The notes beneath the pieces were generated by a model that did no database searches, was not told the DNA's origin, and was given only the letters and a program-made list of their open reading frames with translations. DNA of 42,455 nt from Flavobacteriales bacterium (GTDB lineage Bacteria > Bacteroidota > Bacteroidia > NS11-12g > UBA955). Each line of letters opens with the position of its first letter. Positions within the stretch are counted from its first letter, which is position 1. This document shows positions 35,776 through 42,455 of this stretch, in pieces. Location of the stretch: contig CANIZU010000001.1 in the NCBI GenBank assembly GCA_947472115.1, positions 1 to 42,455 on the forward strand, given 5' to 3'. Both the position numbers and the translations under genes were made by a program.

Positions 35776-38280
35776 TTAATGTTGAACGATAAACTTTGTC
35801 GTGATAGCGCGTGAATTGTCGCCCTGTAATTGCAAAAAGTAAGTACCGTTGGGCAAGGTCGCCGTTGGGATCGCACCAGAATCGCCATAACGACCCTCGC
35901 TTACCACCGCCCCCTGCAAATTGTAAATGCGGTAGGTGCGGTTTAACAGCGACATCGCCCCGCGAACAGAAATTGAAGTACTGCTGGGGTTGGGGTATAA
36001 TTTGATTGAGGGTCCGCGTGAGAACTTTGAAACGGAAACCGGTTCGACCATGTAAACCAAAGGCAAAGCGAACATCCCACGGCCGTGGGTAATCACAAAC
36101 AAAGTGCGATCGTCGCGCATCTTCAATTCGTGAATGGCGACATTCGGAACCCGGTAATCCTTGTTCCACGTTTTGCCACTGTCGATGCTGTAATACAAGC
36201 CAAAATCCGTTCCCGCAAAAAAGACTTCGTCCGGACGGTAAGGATCCACCGCCATCATATTCACGGGCAAACCCGGAGGCAAATCGCCAGAAATGTTCTT
36301 CCACAACGGCTTGTTCGTCACTGAGTCCAGCCCGGTCACCCGCCAAACGCGAGGATCGTTGCTGATATTGCTGAAAGCCACATACAATACGTAGGGATTT
36401 TTTGGATGAACGGTCATCCCCTTGATTAAATCGTTGGTGACGGCCGATGGAACACTCGAATTATAGTTGACCTCCTTGCCGGGAATCGCGGTGGCGGCAT
36501 GTTCGATTTTGTATAGCTGCGCCGCGGTACCCCCGAAATAAACCACCGGATTTTCTTGTCGACTGATACCAATCGCCTTAATCCCCGCCCTCAAACTGGT
36601 TGTCATCTGGTCCCAAGTGTACCCCATATCCATCGTGCGATACAAGTATTTGTTGGTGCGATAAAAAACCATGTTCTGGTCGGCCAAATTCATTTCGAAA
36701 AGATTGATAAAGTCCACTCCATCGGTCGTAAATCTGGGATCCACGATCTTGGTGGTGTTACCTGGATTGTTTGAGGTAAAGTTGTTCATTACATGAATCG
36801 CATCGTTCTGATAACTCATGTAGGCAATGCTGCCATCTTGCTGACCGATATTGCAATAGGCGCCATCGCCTCCAAAGAATCGCTGACTAACTAGGGGTTT
36901 CTCCGTGACTTGGGTGCCATTGTCTTGAGCGCCTGAAATGCCCACCATCCCAGTGGGGCCGTAGCCGCCGCAATAGAACTGGGTCACGCGGTAGCCGTTG
37001 TTGAGATTGGCCGCAACGGCAGTAGATGACCATTGGTATCTGAAAACGCCGCCATCGGTTCCCATAAGGAAATCAGTGGTTGTTTTGGGCAAAAATGCAA
37101 AGGAATGGTGGTCGGAATGGCCAATATCGAGCGGGGTCCAAGAGTTTCCACCATCGCTGCTTCGGCAGATATCACGTCCACCCACCACAATCCGATTTGT
37201 ATCTGTGGGATGCACCCCCATCACCATGCAATAAGCTTGATAACCAGGTCCTGCTGCGGTGGGAGGGGTTTTGGCTTTCCAGGTATTTCCGCCATCGCTG
37301 CTCTTGTAGAAGGCCACTGGCGCGGCATCGAAAGCGAATCCTTCGAACACGGCGTAGACCACTTTGGGGAATTTATGACAGTAATCCACCTGAATGGTTC
37401 TGTACGTGCCACCATTGGGAGCGTTCGGGAAGGTGAGGGTTTTGAAAGTGCCGGGTTTTCCATTGGAATCGGAGGCAACGACGAGGTTTGACTGCAATGT
37501 GGCGATCACGCGTCCGTTGGGGAGACAAACGACATCGGTCACTTGTTTATTTCCGCCGCTGTAGGCGATTGCCCAGGTTGCGCCGCCGTCAGTTGAGCGA
37601 TAGAGCCCGTAACTGTTGGTGCCCACGAACAGGGTTTGCGAATCGATTTTCGAGTGTTCGATGTCCCATATCGCATTGAAACCATTGAGTTTCACGGTGG
37701 ATGGGAGCTGATTGAACGTCTTGCCACCGTCGGTTGATTTAAAGACGCCTTCGCCATCTACATCGGCCGAATTGGCCCTGCTTTCGCCGGTTCCGTAGTA
37801 GACTTCGTTGGGGTTATAGGGGTTTGAGGTCAGCGCTGAGGGCATCATCGAAACTTCTTGCTCGTTGATGGGTTTCCAGCTTGTGCCGCCATTTTCGCTG
37901 CGCCAGAGTCCGCCTGAGATGGCACCGGCGAGGATGATTTTTTCGTTTCGCGGATCGATCCAAAGCGCGCGGGTCCTTCCGGCGACGTTGTTGGGACCTA
38001 GTTCAATGATGGTGTCGATGGGGTTTGTGCCGGCCCTACGCTCGAGTTTTTTCGCATCGTATTGTGCCCATTGAGATCTAAGAAAGGGGGGGATTTGGCC
38101 GGTGGCGTCCTGTTTTTCTTGAAACCATTGCTCGTAATAACCGGGGTGCTGTGCGTCTTCTTCCTGGGAATTGTTGTTGCTGGATGCGTTATGACCCAGC
38201 GAAATCAGGCTGTAAAGGCCGAAAAGGGCTAGGGTTGGGAATAGGAGGGAGAAGGTGAGGCGCGCAGATTTCGACATCAT
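35776..38280 (-). CDS. BNR/Asp-box repeat (sortilin/GH74-like beta-propeller) protein with a T9SS C-terminal sorting domain
   Basis: Signal peptide. Six Asp-boxes (SENGGTSW, STDGGKTF, STDGGATW, SSDGGNTW, SSDGGNSW, SIDSGKTW). C-terminal KLYPNPSSTSISV...LPNGTYFLQLQ...KFIVQH is typical of type A T9SS sorting domains. Confidence 0.85.
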   Translation of the reverse strand: MMSKSARLTFSLLFPTLALFGLYSLISLGHNASSNNNSQEEDAQHPGYYEQWFQEKQDATGQIPPFLRSQWAQYDAKKLERRAGTNPIDTIIELGPNNVAGRTRALWIDPRNEKIILAGAISGGLWRSENGGTSWKPINEQEVSMMPSALTSNPYNPNEVYYGTGESRANSADVDGEGVFKSTDGGKTFNQLPSTVKLNGFNAIWDIEHSKIDSQTLFVGTNSYGLYRSTDGGATWAIAYSGGNKQVTDVVCLPNGRVIATLQSNLVVASDSNGKPGTFKTLTFPNAPNGGTYRTIQVDYCHKFPKVVYAVFEGFAFDAAPVAFYKSSDGGNTWKAKTPPTAAGPGYQAYCMVMGVHPTDTNRIVVGGRDICRSSDGGNSWTPLDIGHSDHHSFAFLPKTTTDFLMGTDGGVFRYQWSSTAVAANLNNGYRVTQFYCGGYGPTGMVGISGAQDNGTQVTEKPLVSQRFFGGDGAYCNIGQQDGSIAYMSYQNDAIHVMNNFTSNNPGNTTKIVDPRFTTDGVDFINLFEMNLADQNMVFYRTNKYLYRTMDMGYTWDQMTTSLRAGIKAIGISRQENPVVYFGGTAAQLYKIEHAATAIPGKEVNYNSSVPSAVTNDLIKGMTVHPKNPYVLYVAFSNISNDPRVWRVTGLDSVTNKPLWKNISGDLPPGLPVNMMAVDPYRPDEVFFAGTDFGLYYSIDSGKTWNKDYRVPNVAIHELKMRDDRTLFVITHGRGMFALPLVYMVEPVSVSKFSRGPSIKLYPNPSSTSISVRGAMSLLNRTYRIYNLQGAVVSEGRYGDSGAIPTATLPNGTYFLQLQGDNSRAITTKFIVQH

Positions 38281-38286
38281 AAATTA

Positions 38287-38294
38287 CAAATATA
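38287..38294 (-). promoter_or_regulatory. Candidate -7 box TATATTTG for the T9SS cargo gene
   Basis: The plus strand reads CAAATATA, 6 nt upstream of the ATG at 38280. Confidence 0.35.
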
Positions 38295-38402
38295 CAATCG
38301 GGGGGCGGAGGGTTTGCGGAATTCGCAGGATTATTGGTGAAAGTTATAAGTGCGGGGTGTTTGAATTGGATTTGGGTGGGTGTAAACTTTGGAATGTTTG
38401 AT

Positions 38403-38410
38403 TACATTTG
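38403..38410 (+). promoter_or_regulatory. Candidate -7 box TACATTTG for the serine hydrolase gene
   Basis: Exact TAnnTTTG match ending 3 nt before the ATG at 38414. Confidence 0.35.
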
Positions 38411-38413
38411 AAC

Positions 38414-39616
38414 ATGATGAAGGCTTTTCAGCGCTTTTTGTTGGTGATTGGCATCGCTGCGGTATTGGCCGGGGTGGTGTGGGTTTCGCCATTTGGGTAT
38501 TTGATCAAGGGGGTTCGGTTGACGTATATGATCGGACAGAAATCGGCTAACTATTTGGATTACAAGGGGTTCGATACGCGAGAAATCGCCAATGACCCAT
38601 CGAAGGTATCGCCTTTGGTGACGTTGAGCGGCGCTTCGGAGGTCGTTTTGAGTGAGGGGTTGCTAGGGATGTTGAGCAAAACCGAGAGCGGTTCATTTTT
38701 GGTGTTTCGCAACGATACGTTGGTGTGCGAGAAGTATTTTGAGCCGGTGGATGGGTCGGTGCCCACGAATTCGTTTTCGATGGCCAAAACCATCACTTGT
38801 TTGTTGGTGGAGCAGGCGATTGAGCGCGGCGAAATTTTGTCTTGGGACGAGCCGGTTAGGAAGTTTTTGCCATGGGTGGGTGCGGTGAAGGATGTGAAGG
38901 GCTATCAAAATGAGGTTTTGGAGGAGAATGCGAAGGGGTTGACCTTGAGGCATTTGATCACGATGACGGCGGGTTTGGAATGGAATGAAAGTTATGTATC
39001 GCCCTTTGGGATCACGGCGAAGGCGTATTACGGGAGCGATATTGAGGCTACGATGCGACAGGTGCCTGTGGTGGTGAAGCCGGGCGAAGTATTTGAATAT
39101 CAGAGCGGGGCAACGCAATTGTTGGGGTTGGTGTTGGAGAAGGCGACGGGGAAGCATTTGGCGGAATTGGCATCGGAGAGAATTTGGAAGCCATTGGGTG
39201 CTGAGGCGCCGGCGACTTGGTCATTGGATAAGGAGAACGGTCGGGAATTGAATTTTTGTTGTTTCAACGCCCGGGCCCGCGATTTTGGTCGTTTGGGCTT
39301 GATGGTGATGCATCACGGCGCTGGGCTAATCGATTCGGGATTTTTGGCGATGGCTCAACGTCCGTTTGTATCGTCGAATCACCCGGAGGCGCCGCGGTCA
39401 TTGCATTACGGACATGCATTTTGGTTGGGCGAGGTAGACGGGGTGAAGTTCAGTTATTTTCAGGGGTTGAAGGGTCAGTATATTGTGTTGATTCCTTCGG
39501 GGGGGATGGTGGTTGTGCGCACTGGGAATGGGATTGCGCGGGCTGCGGACGGCGGGAAGGTGTATGATTGCGTGAAGACGTATGCGTCTGAGGCGATGAA
39601 GTTGTTTGGTCGTTGA
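38414..39616 (+). CDS. Beta-lactamase-family serine hydrolase
   Basis: N-terminal TM/signal segment, SxxK motif in NSFSMAKTIT, and class C/esterase-like length of about 400 aa. Alternative starts are the TTG at 38408 or the ATG at 38417. Confidence 0.75.
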   Translation: MMKAFQRFLLVIGIAAVLAGVVWVSPFGYLIKGVRLTYMIGQKSANYLDYKGFDTREIANDPSKVSPLVTLSGASEVVLSEGLLGMLSKTESGSFLVFRNDTLVCEKYFEPVDGSVPTNSFSMAKTITCLLVEQAIERGEILSWDEPVRKFLPWVGAVKDVKGYQNEVLEENAKGLTLRHLITMTAGLEWNESYVSPFGITAKAYYGSDIEATMRQVPVVVKPGEVFEYQSGATQLLGLVLEKATGKHLAELASERIWKPLGAEAPATWSLDKENGRELNFCCFNARARDFGRLGLMVMHHGAGLIDSGFLAMAQRPFVSSNHPEAPRSLHYGHAFWLGEVDGVKFSYFQGLKGQYIVLIPSGGMVVVRTGNGIARAADGGKVYDCVKTYASEAMKLFGR

Positions 39617-39703
39617 TGGGTTTTTCGGATGATTTTTCGGGTTTTGATTGATTTGATAGTTTTGATGAATGGTCGTTAATGGATTAATGAATTGATTTGC
39701 GAG

Positions 39704-41050
39704 ATGGATTTTACGGATTTTGGAGATTTGGCGGAGGATGTGTTGTGGGGCGGGTTGTCGAAGGATGCGCATCGACAGTTTATGTCGCGTTGCCTGGTCT
39801 TGGCTGAACGCGGTTGGGGAAAGGTGAGTCCGAATCCGATGGTGGGAGCGGTTTTGGTTCGTGGCGGGTTGGTGTTGGATGAGGGGTGGCACGATGTATT
39901 TGGCGGGGCGCATGCGGAGCGGATGTTGTTTGAGGGGTTGGGTTCTGGACAGAATGAAGATTTTTCGGATTGTATTTTATATGTGTCGTTGGAGCCTTGC
40001 GCGCATTTCGGGAAGACGCCTCCTTGTGCGAATTTGATCTTGGAGAAGGGTGTTGGCGCTGTGGTTGTCGGGGTATTGGATCCCAATCCGAAAGTGTGTG
40101 GTAGGGGTGTTGAGATTTTGCGCGCTGCGGGTGTGGACGTCTTGGTGGGTGTGCTGGAGGATGAATGTCGGGGGTTGAATCCCATGTTTTGGGTCAACCA
40201 GCTTTTAGGCCGGACGGCTGTTGTTGCGAAGTGGGCAGAGACGGCGGATGGATTTATGGGTCGTATCGCAGAGGAGTCAAGTCGCTTGTTACCAACAAAT
40301 CCAATTCTCTCAAATGAGATCGAACTGCTTCAAAATGAAAGGTTTTTGATTTCCGGTGAGGAATCGGGTCGATGGGTGCATTGGTTACGGTCGGGAATGG
40401 ACGCGATTTTGGTTGGAGTGAATACATGGAATTTGGATCAGCCAAAGTTGAACGTCCGCGGGTTGGAGGTGTCAAAGCAGCCGATTCGCATCGTTCTAGA
40501 TCGTCGGTTGCGAGGTGAATATTCCGCTGAAGCAGTGAATCGCAGCGCAGCCCCGTTGTGGGTGATATATGATTTAAATTTTTTAGAAAGTGATGAGGCG
40601 ATGGGTATCCGAGAGTTACAATTTAAGTTATTGTCGGAGGCTTCGGGATCAGGAAAATTGGTTGGTTGGGGATTGGAATTATCGGAATTAGAATCATCGA
40701 ACGGCAATAGCGATTCGCTGAACTCGGTAGATAGGATTTTGCAGTGGTTGTACGAGGCGCATGGATTGGGGGTGATTTTGGTTGAGGGCGGCGCATCGAT
40801 TTTGCAATCGTTTTTGGATGCGGACTGCGTGGATGAGCTCCATATTTTGCGAAATTCGCAAATGCGTTTGGAATCGGGGGTTAGGTCTCCCAATTTGGAT
40901 CGGGGGAAGTTGTCTCGGGATGCGGATTTTGGGTCGGACGAGCACTGGGTTTGGCGGCGGGATTTCGGTGGAATGGGCATCGAAACGGAGGAAGGATTGA
41001 ATTCGGAATTCGGAATACTCGGGAAAGAGGAAGGGGATTTGGCGGAGTGA
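39704..41050 (+). CDS. ribD: Bifunctional riboflavin biosynthesis protein RibD (deaminase/reductase) with insertions and a C-terminal tail
   Basis: Deaminase zinc motifs GGAHAE and LEPCAHFGKTPPCA. Reductase-domain segments KWAETADGF, SGMDAILVGVNT and ILVEGGASILQSFL. About 80-100 aa longer than typical RibD proteins. Confidence 0.8.
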   Translation: MDFTDFGDLAEDVLWGGLSKDAHRQFMSRCLVLAERGWGKVSPNPMVGAVLVRGGLVLDEGWHDVFGGAHAERMLFEGLGSGQNEDFSDCILYVSLEPCAHFGKTPPCANLILEKGVGAVVVGVLDPNPKVCGRGVEILRAAGVDVLVGVLEDECRGLNPMFWVNQLLGRTAVVAKWAETADGFMGRIAEESSRLLPTNPILSNEIELLQNERFLISGEESGRWVHWLRSGMDAILVGVNTWNLDQPKLNVRGLEVSKQPIRIVLDRRLRGEYSAEAVNRSAAPLWVIYDLNFLESDEAMGIRELQFKLLSEASGSGKLVGWGLELSELESSNGNSDSLNSVDRILQWLYEAHGLGVILVEGGASILQSFLDADCVDELHILRNSQMRLESGVRSPNLDRGKLSRDADFGSDEHWVWRRDFGGMGIETEEGLNSEFGILGKEEGDLAE

Positions 41051-41655
41051 GTTTATTTTCCGACGTGTACTATGAGGTGGAGCGGGATGCGGAATTTGTT
41101 TTGCGGGAGCGGGGCAGCAAGTTTTTTGCTTTTGTTTACGGGGTGAAATCGGATTTGGAGATCAAGGAAAAGTTGGAGGGTTTGAAGCGGCAGTATCCGG
41201 ATGCAACGCATCATTGTTATGCTTGGGTGATGGGGGCGCGGGGTGAGGCGCAGCGGGCGAACGACGATGGGGAGCCTGGAAATTCTGCGGGCCGACCGAT
41301 TTTGAGGTCGATTCTCAGCGTGGGTGTCACCAATGTTTTGGTGGTGGTGGTGCGGTATTTCGGGGGGACGTTGCTTGGGATTCCCGGTTTGATTGAAAGT
41401 TATGGGGGAGCGGCCGAGTCGGCGCTTCGCGCCGCCGGCCGCCTCGAAAAATTCATCGAAGAAAACTATGAAATTTCATCGGCTTTTGAGCATGAACAGG
41501 AAATTCATCGACTCATTGCAAAGTACGGCGCTCGTGTTTTGGGCAGCGAGTATACGGAGCAAGTTTGCTATCGCGTGGCGGTGAAGGCAGGTGTAGGTCG
41601 GGACTTCGAAAAAGCCCTTTCGGACCATTACCAATTGAGCGGAAAACGCGTGTAA
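41047..41655 (+). CDS. YigZ / IMPACT-family (UPF0029) protein
   Basis: RGSKFFAFVYGV, ATHHCYAW, DDGEPGNSAGRPIL and VVVVRYFGGTLLG are typical of the family. GTG at 41047 overlaps the ribD stop (GTGA). The track's upstream extension lies inside ribD. Confidence 0.75.
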   Translation: MSLFSDVYYEVERDAEFVLRERGSKFFAFVYGVKSDLEIKEKLEGLKRQYPDATHHCYAWVMGARGEAQRANDDGEPGNSAGRPILRSILSVGVTNVLVVVVRYFGGTLLGIPGLIESYGGAAESALRAAGRLEKFIEENYEISSAFEHEQEIHRLIAKYGARVLGSEYTEQVCYRVAVKAGVGRDFEKALSDHYQLSGKRV

Positions 41656-41658
41656 ATT

Positions 41659-41675
41659 CATCTTTAATTAAGATG
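41659..41675. terminator. Weak AT-rich hairpin between convergent genes
   Basis: CATCTT-TAATT-AAGATG. The stem is only 6 bp and there is no clear T-run. Confidence 0.2.
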
Positions 41676-41715
41676 GAAGAGAAGATTCGAGTAAAGAAAT
41701 TTAAACGATGATATT

Positions 41716-42455
41716 CTATTGAAGAAATTTTGCAATGAAATCAGATAATGTCATCTCTCCAGTTTCAAAAATGAAGACGGGTCCGCGAACATCTGCCAAG
41801 CTGTGTTTAAAAGGAAGTCGGTCACCCCAAGCGCTGTCTTTGAAAACATCCATAACGGCGACCTTGTGCGGGACGTAATGTTGTTCTTTGATTTCTTTTA
41901 ATAGCCAATGTCGACGTTCATATTTTGGACGCACGATCGGAATGGTTTTATGGATTTTAAAGCAATCCGGCAAAGTATCAGGTGGTTGAATTTCCGATTG
42001 CAACGGGAAGTCTGCCAACTGCTGAAATCCCATGCTCGCTGTCTCTAAAACGTAGTGGTCCAATACGACCACTGCCCCAATTTTTTCCGTTCTGCAGAGG
42101 TTTGCCATCTTCTCGGCATCGCCACGCAACTGATTGATAGGGTAAATCATCACGGGAACATAGGTTTTACCCAATTCTCGGATGCTGCACCTGTCCCAAA
42201 AACGATAACCATAAAGTCCAACAGCAGCAAAAAGGCCAGTGAAATAAACGGTTTTAATAAGCTTGGACTTTATCTGGAACTTGCCAGAAAGTGTTAATGG
42301 ATGTTTGAAGGTGATTTTCCAAAGTTGATTCAGCCCCTGGAACGAAAATCCCGAACTCGCAATTTGCCAACCCCACGCAAAGGGCACTGCCAAGAAAAAT
42401 CGACCGTAGCCAAAAAAGATGTTTTCGGTGCCATCGGTTGTCTTTTCTACCGCTA
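41716..42455 (-). CDS. Hypothetical membrane-associated protein, 5' end outside the window
   Basis: The reading frame stays open from 42393 to the window edge; I translated 20 further codons without a stop. A hydrophobic N-terminal part is followed by a soluble C-terminal domain. No family recognised. Confidence 0.5.
   Translation of the reverse strand, partial: AVEKTTDGTENIFFGYGRFFLAVPFAWGWQIASSGFSFQGLNQLWKITFKHPLTLSGKFQIKSKLIKTVYFTGLFAAVGLYGYRFWDRCSIRELGKTYVPVMIYPINQLRGDAEKMANLCRTEKIGAVVVLDHYVLETASMGFQQLADFPLQSEIQPPDTLPDCFKIHKTIPIVRPKYERRHWLLKEIKEQHYVPHKVAVMDVFKDSAWGDRLPFKHSLADVRGPVFIFETGEMTLSDFIAKFLQ

Noticed and set aside
35333-36346. A 337-aa minus-strand ORF in the track
   Set aside because: Its first 200 or so codons overlap the 3' end of the T9SS cargo gene in another frame. 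That gene has a bona fide C-terminal sorting domain, whereas the overlapping translation is low-complexity (Arg/Gly/Trp/Phe-rich). I kept only the part after the first ATG downstream of the cargo stop (35731).
38300-38385. G-runs upstream of the hydrolase gene as a G-quadruplex
   Set aside because: There are only three runs of 3 or more G within a compact span, and one loop would be about 17 nt. This does not meet the canonical G3+N1-7 pattern.
39617-39703. An FMN (RFN) riboswitch upstream of ribD
   Set aside because: The spacer is under 90 nt and lacks the conserved GC-rich helices of the RFN element, so I make no riboswitch call.
38560-40980. Several long minus-strand ORFs (38693-39157, 39398-39913, 39676-40197, 40438-40980)
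   Set aside because: They are antisense to well-supported genes (serine hydrolase, ribD). Their translations are Pro/Thr/Asn/Gln/His/Arg-rich low complexity, and their length is explained by the C-poor plus strand removing stop codons from the minus strand.
1-42455. CRISPR arrays, rRNA, IS elements, and prophage or defence-system signatures
   Set aside because: I saw no regularly spaced repeats of 24-40 bp, no transposase or phage-integrase-like ORFs, no rRNA-like segments, and no nuclease, helicase or reverse-transcriptase motifs in unassigned ORFs.

Overview
This 42.5-kb chromosomal segment reads as a Bacteroidota genome. The evidence is a T9SS C-terminal sorting domain, Omp28-like and LolA-like genes, ftsK-lolA synteny, TAnnTTTG -7 boxes just upstream of many start codons, and no obvious Shine-Dalgarno sites. 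I call 33 protein-coding genes (one runs off the right edge), one complete tRNA-Asp(GTC) and the 3' end of a second, Pro-like tRNA at the left edge. I also call one nonsense-disrupted paralogue fragment, four hairpin terminators (one weak) and several short repeats. Most genes are housekeeping: ltaE, fdhD, mobA, kdsA, trmB, aat, rnz, ftsK, lolA, sucD, xerD, ribD, an M1 aminopeptidase and an HtrA-type protease. The rest are mainly envelope proteins: an AsmA-like protein, a large TPR/PD40/OmpA protein and a BNR-repeat T9SS cargo protein. I saw no CRISPR array, transposase, phage-type integrase, defence-type nuclease/ATPase/reverse transcriptase or rRNA. I did not find a convincing novel multi-gene system. 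The most unusual places are: (i) an AT-rich 1.16-kb islet downstream of tRNA-Asp with an orphan gene, its decayed paralogue and flanking repeats; (ii) perfect 11- and 12-bp tandem repeats after both tRNA terminators; (iii) the AsmA-like/mobA/fdhD/small-ORF/ydeP-like gene string with ATGA overlaps; (iv) a T9SS cargo gene chained to glycan-synthesis genes; (v) a possible degenerate retropepsin-like C-terminal module on the OmpA-family protein; (vi) a strongly C-depleted block at 38.3-41.7 kb containing an expanded ribD. All family assignments come from motif recognition by eye; no database search was run.
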